From NCBI GenBank assembly GCA_964016885.1, contig OZ024750.1, positions 12,586,001 through 12,650,000 of the forward strand: a stretch of DNA of 64,000 nucleotides, in the 5' to 3' direction. A model generated the notes under the pieces. It was not told the DNA's origin and made no database searches. It saw only the letters and a program-made list of their open reading frames with translations. Every line of letters begins with the position of its first letter. The stretch's first letter is position 1. Source of the DNA: Eledone cirrhosa (lineage: Eukaryota). This document shows, in pieces, positions 11,421 through 22,889 of the stretch. A program made the position numbers and the translations under genes.

Positions 11421-11662
11421 GCAGTAATGATGTGTTGAGAGAAAGTATTAATGATCTTAAGGCTAGTGTTAAGAAGAAAGAACGTTGGCTTTCAGCAACA
11501 TCAGTTACTATCATTACATTGACGTTTAATTGTAATTTCTGAAAGTGTTAGAGGATGAATTATTTTGGTGAGATACAGCCTTGGAAATAGAGAGATATTG
11601 TCAGTGTGTCAACTGAATGATTACTACAGTGTGAGCTTTACTAATGAAGATTCTGTGTGTTT

Positions 11663-11863
11663 ATCATCATTATTATCATCATCGCACATCCATTTTTCCA
11701 TGCTAGCATGGATTAGATGTGTTGCACCGTTGTGAGACAAGCCAGATCAGATGAGCATGATATGCATGGTCACCTGATCTCACTTGTCTCATAATGGGAC
11801 AACTCGTCTAACCCATGCTAGCGTGGAAAATGGACATTAAATGAAGACAGTGATGATGATGAT
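11663..11863. repeat. Two RTE/SINE 3'-tail fragments arranged head-to-head (fold-back)
   Basis: CATCATC..TCCATTTTTCCATGCTAGCATGG... is mirrored by ...CCCATGCTAGCGTGGAAAATGGAC..GATGATGAT. Confidence 0.7.
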
Positions 11864-12967
11864 TGCACTGGTGCAATCTCTTGTGACGCTAAACTCTGCC
11901 AGTTGCAGACATGAGATATGTTTCTCCACAAAGTTTGATCACCAGCAGTAGAGTTTAAAGAGCAAAGATCAAGTCTAGTCCATAAGGTGACATTATATAA
12001 CTCCAATTCGCAATATATAACTCCAATTCACTAACTAGCAATATTTCAACTAAAGGTGATGTGTCTTAAGTTGTGAGGATGTATGGAAGGGAAGCTTTAG
12101 AAATTTATCTTTGTGGTGAAGAAGGAATATGGCTCCTTTATATAATTTATTGAGGTTTCTTTCATAGCTATTATGGATACAATTACCCACACCATAGCCG
12201 TTAAGTACTGCTCAACCCGTCATCCAGTCAAATTACTTCTAAATCTATTAAGACACACACAGTGGAAGATAGACGTTAAACGATGATGATGTTGACATCA
12301 ATTTTCATTAGTGAAGGAAACTTTTCAATATTTTATCGCTCTACAGATTGGCAACACTAACACGACCAAATAAGGGGAACTTCATTTCCTTAGCATATCC
12401 ATTACCATGTTTCTAATGAAATAGATTTGATATATTTTAATTTATTTTGAAAATAATCAGGAATTTGGAAGATTTTAGTAAAATAAATTTTTCATTAAGT
12501 TAAGCTGACAACAAAGTTCTTACATAAAATTATGATGGAAGGTTTTCATTTAGATATGAACACTTTAAACTGGACAGTTTTATCACAGAACTAAAGTCAG
12601 TTTCAGGCAGGTTGGTACTGAAAGGGTATATATTCCTTCAACAACAACAACACACAACCAAAGTCTGATAATTGTTTTAGTTCATTCATTTTTAACACTT
12701 ATCTAAAGCACATTAATCCATCTCCCCCCCCCCCCCCCCCACACACTATTCTGACAAGCTATTAGAATGCTGCCATAACTTAAAATAGAATTAGCTAAAA
12801 AGCTTTCCTGATATGCATAAATAAACAGTTGTACTTCAAATATACTAATACATGTGTAGAGAGGACTGAAGATAAATTCAAGAAGCTGATTAGTCAAATG
12901 GCAAGCATATTTCACTGTGGAATAAATGATAAACAGAATAACTAATAGTTACTTTGTTCTATACAAG

Positions 12968-13195
12968 TTAACCCTTTAGCATTTAAACCAGTCGTATCTG
13001 GCTGGAATTCTCTCACTTCCTTCTGTTCAAACTGGCCATAACTGACTGCTCATACTTTGTTAAGGTATTGTTCTCAAAATAAATAATATCAAAATCTCGT
13101 AGATTCAATATTATGTGGGATAATTATGAGAGATAAAGCCTTTACTGCGAAAATACAATAGTAAATATAGAGTAATTGAAATGCTAAAAGGTTAA
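12968..13195 (+). mobile_element. piggyBac-type MITE (TTAA target, CCCTTTAGCATT termini)
   Basis: TTAA-CCCTTTAGCATT...AATGCTAAAAGG-TTAA; inverted homolog at 29483-29697. Confidence 0.8.
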
Positions 13196-13254
13196 CATAA
13201 TGAATATTTTATTTCCAAACATATTTCTAAAACATTTTTCTTTGTTTATCATAG

Positions 13255-13430
13255 GCTTTTGTTGATAGCAATCCTTCCATGAAGTGGTGTCCTTTCCCAG
13301 GTTGTGCTAGAGCTGTCCACCTACCAGAAATTGAAAATAGCACAGGATCTAATTCTTTGCTATCTACTGTTAAAATACCAGAAGATACTTCTCGAGCTGT
13401 TGACTGTGGAAATGGTCATTATTTCTGTTG
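13255..13430 (+). CDS. ANKIB1: ANKIB1 exon, IBR domain (AFVDSNPSMKWCPFPGCARAV...VDCGNGHYFCW)
   Basis: atag acceptor, GTCAGT donor at 13431; phase 0 to 2. Confidence 0.94.
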
Positions 13431-13663
13431 GTCAGTAAAACTGTTATCTATTTCTAGATTTAATAAATACTAATTTAATTTGTATTTTTATTTTTCAAGT
13501 GCAAAATATGATTACTTGTGTTTATAAATGAATAAATAATAATAATAAAAACAAGAATAAATAAGAGACTTTCTTATAAAAGCTAATGTATATGATAGGA
13601 ATAAACATTCTTTCCCCCTCTTTTTCTGTTTCTCTCTCTCTCTCTAATATATATATATATATA

Positions 13664-14017
13664 TCATCATCATCATTTCATCATCATTTCATTTTACGTC
13701 CGCTCTCTCCCTGCTTTCAAGGGTGGGACGGGAACTGATTCTGGCTAGATTTCTACAGCTGGATGCCCTTCCTAACACCAACCTCATTTACAGTGAGTGG
13801 TGGGTGATTGTTTTGCCGTGGCACCTCCATGACCACTTTACAGTGGAATGATAGAGACCCCAGTCCCTATCATCTCATTTCTACAGCTGAGTAAACTGGA
13901 GCAATGTGAAATAAAGTGTCTTGCTCAAGGAAGCAACACATCACCCGGTCTGAGAATTGAACTCACAACCTTTTGATTGCAAGACCAATGCTCTAACCAC
14001 TAAGCCATGTGCCTCCA
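13664..14017 (-). mobile_element. Full-length tRNA-derived SINE family A (CORE-like domain, RTE-type tail) inside a TA microsatellite
   Basis: Reverse complement of 39821-40168; A and B boxes, CCTTGAGCAAGACACTT core, (ATG)n tail. Confidence 0.88.
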
Positions 14018-14073
14018 TATATATATATATATATATAAATGTGTGTGTATATATGTATGTGTGTGTGTGTGTG

Positions 14074-14128
<55 letters not shown>

Positions 14129-16483
14129 TTATTTATTTATACAGGAAAATTCATATTTTCTGGTGTGTTTACATGCTTACATGTTAGATATTGGTGCAGT
14201 CTCAGTTACCCACTCTGTATGTATACAGATATAACTTTATCATACACTTCGACTGCTATCACACTTCTTACTATATATCTTAATTAACTACCAAATAGTT
14301 CATAATATTATTTGTGTGTAATTATGTGTGTATGTGTATGTTTCAGTATAGCAATCCTTCATTTCTCTATTTTTCTGATTCTTTGCCTGCTACTTCACTC
14401 AGTATCTATACTCCTCTTTCAACACATGTTTTAATTCTTTATTTATATCTCTTTTATACTCAAATGACTTCTACAACATAAAACCCAAAACTAAATATCT
14501 AGAAACTCACTTTCTTTGCTTCTTATTAGCCATTTCAGTTTACATAAGCAATTAATTACAAGCTATAGACATTGTTTGTTAAATTCTAGCTTAGTTCTCA
14601 ATAATAAATTTAATTTAGCAATCTCATTGTAGACAGTGTTTGTTATTTATGTTATGTATTCATAGCTTTCCATAATTTATATGAATAAGCAAAGAAAATG
14701 TAATAATAATTATTGTTGTTTTTGTTTTTTACTCTACACATTCAATTTTTAACCTCAGGATAAAAACAAAATCACAACTAAATGTCAAATTTCCATTTGT
14801 CATTTTCTTAAATTAGGAAAATATTTAGAAACTTTAGGTATTATTATTCTTTTAAAATATGTAAAGTTCTATATTTATTTTACAATTCTAATTTAGCTGA
14901 GAGTTTAGTACATTTGATTGATTACCTCTGAAGTTATTGAGGAAAAGTGTATTACAAATGTATTTCCTAATTAACCCTAAGAACTCAACTAGTTTCAGCT
15001 ATGTAATTTTTTTTTTAAAGACATATCACATGGACATCAATATTTGACTCCATAATCTTGCTTACCTTGGTTCTTTTCTATATTTACTAGATTTCCATTG
15101 AATAATTAGCTATAGATTGAAACTTAGAAGAATAAGTCATTTTGAGAACTTCTTATACACCAACAGAATAAGAGAAATAATTTTCCTATAGAAAAATATT
15201 ACTCAATTAGATTCACATCAAAATAGTTTATGATATAAGGAGCCTTGCTGACTTCTTTATCATATTCAGTAACAATCCTGCATAACTACAGCACTAACTT
15301 CTTTAATGTAAGAAAAGAAATTCAGTTATAAAAAGAAAATATATAAAAATATCTACATTTGCAGAACCTTTCTGTTGAAATATTAGGTTTTGAAAATTAT
15401 CTTGGATTGTATATATGGAGAAAATACTAACTGAAGATACTGATGTAAATATGACTAGATTTTTTTGAAGCCTAGCTATATAAAGAAATCTGTTGATACA
15501 ACTTAATGTTCCTTAACATTTTCCTTTTAAACTCTACAATATTTTCTCACTTATTATTCATCATATAAGTATGCCTGCATGGTCCTGTAACTCCTGAGGA
15601 AGTCGTAGGGGCTCTCTATTGACATACAACGTTTCTTGGGGCATGTTTTAGAACCTGGTAGAGCCCATCTCCTCTCTATGTCTGAATACAGTAGATTTCT
15701 TCCAGAGAAGGAGAAACTGAAAATGAGAGAGATATAGAGGAAGAATTGACCCCAGTACTTGACTGGCAATAATAGACATGTAATTTTTCTCAGAAAGCTC
15801 ACTTGGAGAAGTGAATTCTAACATATGTAGCAAGAAATATTGTAAATGGAGATACATTCAATTGGAGATTCAAGGTCTCTCTGTTGCTACATATATACAA
15901 CTGTATCCTATACTTCGATTTTGTACATTAACTTCAAATCTCAAGAGGAAAGTTTTTTCATATGTAGGGAAATAAATAGGACACATAATTATGTTAAACA
16001 GGAGTGGAGTTATAGAAGTAACTGCATCTATTTAGTTTTGTGTCTCTACTTTTGTGAGTCCACTGGAATCAACTTGTCACTTAAATCAACCAGAAGGATT
16101 GATAAATGAAATATGAGGAGGTATATCTCCTTCAAGTTCAAACATTCACTATACCTCTCCCTACAAATTATGCCACTATAATAAACCATTATGACCTGTA
16201 CATTAAAATATTCATAAGGTTTATTGTGCCTTCAATGAAAGTAATACATTTTCATCCTGTTTAACTATTTATTAAGTGATATCATTTAAAATTCTTTTTA
16301 GAATGAGTTGCTGCATAAAACATTGTCATATTCCTAACCCATTTTACTTGTTTGTACTGAAATCAAATTTAAGCTACTATTGGTCTGTATTATGTTGACT
16401 AAATAAACATTTAAATCAGTGCTTAAGATGAGGTATTAGACGATTATGTATTCAGTGAATTTTGAACTCTCATTTTTTAACAG

Positions 16484-16572
16484 GAATTGTTTAGGTGAAG
16501 CTCATGAACCTTGTTGCTGTGATAACTGGAAACAATGGCATCAGAAAATAGCAGAGATCAAACCAGAGCAAT
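16484..16572 (+). CDS. ANKIB1: ANKIB1 exon, IBR C-terminus ([29 protein letters not shown])
   Basis: taacag acceptor, GTAAGT donor at 16573; phase 2 to 1. Confidence 0.94.
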
Positions 16573-16806
16573 GTAAGTTAAAACAAAATAGCAGAGATCA
16601 AACCAGTGAAATGTAAATTAAAACAAAATAGCAGAGATCAAACCAGAGCAATGTAAGTTAAAACAAAATACCAGAGATCAAACCAGTGAAATGTAAATTA
16701 AAACAAAATAGCAGAGATCAAACCAGAGCAATGTAAGTTAAAACAAAATAACAGATCAAATCAGAGCAATGTAAGTTGAAACAAAATAATAGAGATCAAA
16801 CCAGAG
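16545..16806 (+). repeat. 40-bp tandem repeat (about 6.5 copies) built from the exon end plus the 5' splice site
   Basis: AAAATAGCAGAGATCAAACCAGAGCAAT|GTAAGTTAAAAC units in an alternating A/B pattern. Confidence 0.95.
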
Positions 16807-17007
16807 TGAGCTCTGGTAAAACAAAATAAGAGCTTAGTGCACTATTTTAGAAATACTACCTCGAGGTAATTGCTATAAATTTGTTTCTTATGACTTTGCT
16901 ATTATCATCATCATTTAATGTCTATCTTCCAAGCTAGCATGGGTAGTATTATTTAATTTCAAAATAAGTCGGAATTTAAGTGAAAAACAATCTAAACTCA
17001 ACAGCAC

Positions 17008-17050
<43 letters not shown>

Positions 17051-17053
<3 letters not shown>

Positions 17054-17218
17054 GAGTAAGTAAGACCCCAACGGCTGAGCTCAAGCCGTTTCGACGGCTA
17101 ATTCTGTACAGAATTAGCCGTCGGGGTCTTACTTACTCCTATTACCCACTCTACTACCCTAAGTATTGAGTACTTTGGTGCGTTATGGTCCACCTGGTTC
17201 CTTACCACTTTTCCCTCG

Positions 17219-17219
<1 letters not shown>
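17051..17219 (-). mobile_element. Unclassified TA-flanked hairpin element (copy 2)
   Basis: 17141-17219 is the reverse-complement homolog of 5953-6031; 17052-17140 is a branched palindrome; (TA)n on both sides. Confidence 0.72.
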
Positions 17220-17254
<35 letters not shown>

Positions 17255-17569
17255 GTTATAAACAGTATTTTATGAGTGTTGTGACAGATTTTCAGTTTAG
17301 TCATTGAATATGCTGCTTACCAATTTATGATTCAGTAAAGCCTCTATATTGGAATTGTATTCAATAAACTCATGCCATTCATGTACATTCTTTTTGATTT
17401 ATATCTTCTGAAGAAAAAAAACAAATGTAGCAATTATATTCTGTTTTTTCATCTAACCTTTTGCAATATTTGCTTTTGTGGGTGATTCTGTTTTATCAAC
17501 TGTCACCCACTTCTAATGAATGATTAAATCAGCTGTCTGTTTCACTGATTAAAGGTGTGAGAATAAATG

Positions 17570-17942
17570 AGTGTATATGTTTGTATGTTTGTGTGTAGAA
17601 ATGTGTATATGCTTGTATGTATAAATGTGTGTAATATGTTTATATGTTTGATTGTGTGTATGTGTTTATATGTATAAATGTGAATATGCTTTTATGTATA
17701 AATGTGTGTATATGTTTGTATATATAAATGTGTGTATATGTTTGTATGTATAAATGTATGTAGGTTTGTATGTATAAATGTGTGTAGGTTTGTATATATA
17801 AATGTGTGCACATGTTTTTATGTATAAATGTGTATATGTTTGTATATATAAATGTGTGTATATGTTTGTATGTATACATATGTGTATATGTTCCTATGTA
17901 TAAATGTATGTATAAATGTGTATGTATGTTAATATGTATAAA
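17570..17942. repeat. TG/TA-rich degenerate minisatellite (~24-26-bp unit ATGTATAAATGTGTGTATATGTTTGT)
   Basis: Directly visible. Confidence 0.8.
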
Positions 17943-19484
17943 TGGAAAACTGTATAATATTATCAAGACTACATTTGCATGAAAAACAATAGTTAGGTTT
18001 GTATTAACATAATGGACGGAACGGGCATTAAAAGGCTAATTAGTAATAATTATGCAGGAAGGAAAATGCAATATTGTTCAATGTTTAATATTTTAATTAT
18101 TCTGGCAAGTATAGATGATTATACTTTGTAAATACCTTGGCATAGGAGATTTATTCATGTATAGTTCAGCTTCTATATCATGTGTTTTGAAGTTGTCTAT
18201 CTCTAGTGCTCATCTTTGTGGTGTTTTATTTGTTAGTAATATTCTGACTACATCAATGTGTATGCTCAATAATTGCTTCTTTATGTCTATACTAGTGATA
18301 TGAATGTTGTATTCATTTTGTGTTTAAAATGTTTTATTTTATTTTGTTTTCGTTTTTATTTTTTTCTAGTTGTATATCTGTCATGATTAAATGAGCAATG
18401 TCTGGTTGGTTTGCTGTTTTGTATTGTGTGTATACAATTTGTGAATTTGTATTGGGAGAATGTTTTTTGTGGTGGATATATTTTTGTTTGTTGAAGATGA
18501 GTATGTTGCTCATAATGATGTGTAGTACATTGTTTCATATTGATTATAGAGTGTGTGTTTGTTTAACATATAATGTGGTACCCAATAATGTTTGCATAAA
18601 CTATATATGCTGGGATATTGTTTTGTAGTGTATACTACTGTCTCTTTGGGGTTACATTAAGTCAAAAGAAGCAAAGAAGAAATACAAAGGAAGTCATCAT
18701 CATCGCTGTTTAACGTCCATGTTTCCATGCAAACATGGGTTAAACGAGTTGTCCCATTGTGAGACAAGTCACATCAGGTGACTGTGTCTTGTTCATACAG
18801 AAGTATAAAGAACATTATGAAAATCTATTATAAGGAAATGAAAATGTACAGAATTTCTGAGATATAAATATTATAAAACTTATTCAGTTCTAAATATCTA
18901 AAAGATATTAGATAAAATGTGTTTATATGTTTGTATGTATGGTCAACATCTACTGGATAGCTGTATTTTTATGTCTTCCTCGTGTTGTTGTAACAGATTC
19001 ATAAGTGTCATGATTTTTAAGTTTTAAATTTTCAAACTAATGGTCCTAAGAATTAATGATTTCTAATTTAGGCACAAGGCTAGCAATTTTGTGGTGGTGG
19101 TGGTGGTGGGGGTGGGGTGGGGGGTCAATTAAATTAGAAACCTTTACAATGGCTGGTTTTATTTCATTGAACCAGAGATGGTTTGGGCCTGGTTGGTATC
19201 TAAAGGGTTAATGTTAATATTTCTAAAATGTGATGCCCCAAAAAAAGAAAACAGAAAATTTGGTAAAACAACCTGATTTTAGAAAACATAAATAATATTA
19301 TGATGAAAAAACGTGGGAAACTGGACATAATGATAATGATGATATTCAATCTTGGGAGCTGATATTTTTTAGTCTATATTTCAAAAATCTATCATTAGAT
19401 AAAAAAAAACAACTATAATAAAGTTATGAACACTTATAGGTATTTTACAAATGAAGACATTTGTACTGGATATTATATCTGATA

Positions 19485-20025
19485 GTCTTTCTATCTTCTC
19501 TTGCCTCTCCTGTGACTCTATCTACTCTTTCTTCTTCTCCCTCTCTATCTACTCTTTCTTCTTCTCCCTCTCTATCTACTCTTTCCTCTCCTCCCTCTGT
19601 ATCTACTCTTCCTTCTCCTTTCTTTCTATCTACTCTTGCCTCTCCTGTGACTCTATCTACTCTTTCTTCTTCTCCCTCTCTATCTACTGTTTCCACTCCT
19701 CCCTCTGTATCTACTCTTCCTTCTCCTTTCTTTCTATCTACTCTTGCCTCTCCTGTGACTCTACTCTTTCTTCTTCTCCCTCTCTATCTACTCTTTCTTC
19801 TTCTCCCTCTCTATCTACTCTTGCCTCTCCTGTCTTTCTATCTATTCTTCCTTCTCCTCCCTCTCTATCTACTCTTCCCCTCTCCTCCCTCTATATCTAC
19901 CCTTCCCCTCTCCTCCCTCTATATCTACCCTTCCCCTCTCCTCCCTCTATATCTACCCTTCCCCTTCCTCCCTCTCTATCTACACTTCCGTATTCTCTCT
20001 TTCTATCTACTCTTCCTTCTCTGTA
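19485..20025. repeat. Pyrimidine-rich ~27-bp minisatellite (CTCTATCTACTCTTTCTTCTTCTCCCT)
   Basis: Directly visible. Confidence 0.88.
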
Positions 20026-20459
20026 TTCTAAAAGTAATCTTAGAGAAATAGGAAATGTCACTGATTTACATCAATGAACATAAAAAAGCCTTGTAGGTAT
20101 TTTGGGAGGCATATATTTAGTTGAAGACAGATAAAAGTTTTCCTAGAAACATTTAATGTCTGATAATGTCATTAATTATGTCTTGTTATGCTTATAACAA
20201 CTGTAGTTGTGTTTTTTTTTATTGTTGTCATCACTGACACCTTGAACATTTCTTATGATTGCTATTTTATGTTCATGTCATTACTACTAATTTCTGTGTT
20301 ACTATATCTCAATGTAGTAGATATGTTATTAGTTTACTGTATGTTACTAGATTTCCTTATAGTACTTATGTTATTGGTATCTTGTTATGTTTGCAATAAA
20401 TTGTGTATCGTATTCATTACCATTGTTTTATATCATTAAAGCTGACTTGTTACAATCAC

Positions 20460-20575
20460 ACTACTACTGATACTATTACTACTACGACTGCTACTACTAC
20501 CACCACCACTACTACTACCACTACTACTGCTACCACTATCATCTCTACTACTACTACTACTACTGCTACTATTAC
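20460..20575. repeat. (ACT/ACC)n trinucleotide microsatellite
   Basis: Directly visible. Confidence 0.9.
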
Positions 20576-21020
20576 TGTCTTTCATATTTATATTATTTAT
20601 ATACTTATATTTATGAAATGTATGCTAACTCATCATCATCATCATCACTGTATAATGTCTATTTTCCATGCTTGTTGATTGGCTAAGATGGCTACATCTT
20701 GTTCCTATGGTATATTCTGATTCTGGCTTGATTTCTTCAGCCGGATGCCCTTCCTACTGCCAACCACATTGCAGCATGTACTGGGAGAATTTTATAATGA
20801 CTCCAGCATTATCACTTTACAAGGTGGAGTGTGTGCTTTTCAGCTTGGCACTAGCATTACCATCTAATGGATATTGTGAAAGAAGGCCAACAAATATTTA
20901 AATGTAATTTTAAAAAAAGATATTCCAGTTTTATTGAAATAACAAATCTAGGATAAAGTCCAGTGGGTTTTCTTTTTAAAATCATAAGTTAAGATTTGAG
21001 GGATATTTAATTCCAATTGA

Positions 21021-21140
21021 AGGTGCATGGCTGAGTGGTTAGAGAATTGGATTCATAATCAAGAGGTTGGAAGTTCGATTCCTAGACCAGGTGATGTGTT
21101 ATGTCCTTGAGTATGACACTTTACTTCGCATTGCTCTCTC
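21021..21140 (+). mobile_element. Older tRNA-derived CORE-like SINE head related to family A
   Basis: TGGCTGAGTGG A box, AGTTCGATTC B box, TGTCCTTGAGTATGACACTT core. Confidence 0.7.
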
Positions 21141-22708
21141 TGCCAGGAGTTGCAACCAGTAGATAGTATCAACAATAGAAAGACCAATGGAAACAGTTTC
21201 CTTGGTCTGATTTGACAAGTTCCACCCCATTCAGTGTGCAAATGAGGTCTGGGAACTTGTCAATTGATTCAATCAATGATTCCTATTTCCAATAGGTTAA
21301 GTGATCACCTAGAGGCATCACTTATTGGATCATAAGAGATCCTCTATGTTATTTCTAAACTTACTGTTGTAGCCATTATTGAAATGGTGAAATATATTTC
21401 CTGTGGTTTGGCACTGCAAATTATTGTCATATTAGTGAAAAAATGTTTTCATTTAAAGTAATTTATTGGTGGGTAGAGAGTAGAAAGTACTGAGAAATCA
21501 ATCAGAATAATACACTGAGATATTATTGTTGGATGTGATTGCATTTTACTATCATCAATGATTTTACTAAACTGAAGTATAAAGCAATATCCTAGCAAAA
21601 CTGAACTTGTGATATAAACTGACCACAGTTACTGGTATTTATTAGTACCCTCAAACAATGAACTGTTTCCCCCATAGAAGAAAAACAGGTACCTGACAAT
21701 ACAAACAAACTGCCAAATGAACTGAATTACTGGAAAATTTATTTCTCTTGATTAGGAAGGAGTAAAGCTCTTTTTGAGCAGTAGAGTAGTTATTAGAATC
21801 AACCATAGTATATTATATTTATGTTATTCACTTCAGAGCCAACTCAATCCACACAACATTCAAGTTCATTTAAATGGGAACAAAGAAAGCTAAATACGAT
21901 ATGTCATTTAATCTAAATTGTAATGTTTCCGCTAACATGGCAGTCTTAATAACTGATATATTAAATTGAAAGGATGAAAATATCTAATAAACGAATGTCA
22001 GATAAGTGTTATTAATCTTGTAGGAATCATTGAAATATGTAGAAAAGAAAGTGTATTGACAGAAACAATGCAACACAACAATGTCTCCTGGTGTTAGTTG
22101 TATTCTTGGATGTTTCTAGCAGAACCAATTTTATCTTTCAGCTTAAAAAAAAAAAAAGTTTTATAAAATAAGTAGCAGTACCAGTAATATACTGTGTTAC
22201 TTAAATGGTATATGCATTGTGATTAGTCTTCTTGTTGTTGTTTGACATATGCTGAATGGTTAGAGAGACAGATCAAGATGGGTGAGCGAGACTAAGGCGT
22301 CATTTGTAGTTCATTATGGATTGCCTCCAGGCTACCAAGAAAACATTTGAGGTGAGGAGGGGGGGGGGGGGTCCTAAACAACACAACATGCAGCATTGTC
22401 TGATCAAGGTCTTCACAATCACATGATGGGCTGTCATTCATTTTCCATCAATGGAGATGATGGGCTGTCCTGGCATGTGTTGTGCGGATCTGATTAAGTA
22501 ACACTATTGTGATTAGTTAAAATTATTTTAGTATCGGCAAATTCCACAGTTGATAAAATATGCACCAGTTCCCCCTAACATTGCTGGCCTTGTGCTTTAA
22601 TTAGAAACTTTTATAGTAAATAGAACTGTGACAAATGATAAATATAATTTAGATTCTGATAAATTGTTTATTAACCCAAGTTAATAAACATGAAGTTCTT
22701 AACTATTT

Positions 22709-22889
22709 GGTGAATTGGCAGTATCGGTAGAGGGTCGGACATGCTTTCCAGCATAGTTACGTCCCTTTACGATCTGAGTTCAAATCCGGCCGAGGTTAAC
22801 TTTGCCTTTCATCCTTATGGGGTCGATAAAATAAAGTACCAGTAATGTACTGTGTAATTGCTGGCCTTGTGCCTAAAATAGAAACAATT
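22709..22889 (+). mobile_element. SINE family B
   Basis: Near-identical to 112-296. Confidence 0.85.

Noticed and set aside
10462-11514. 350-aa (ITAVSQH)n and 247-aa (SSNVLRD)n ORFs
   Set aside because: A 21-bp minisatellite whose unit is a multiple of 3; no non-repetitive coding context.
16545-16806. CRISPR-like regular repeat
   Set aside because: Head-to-tail tandem units with no unique spacers, no cas genes and a eukaryotic intron context; the same applies to 25809-26020.
19445-20077. ~200-aa Ser/Leu/Pro-rich ORFs
   Set aside because: Translation of the 27-bp CT-rich minisatellite.
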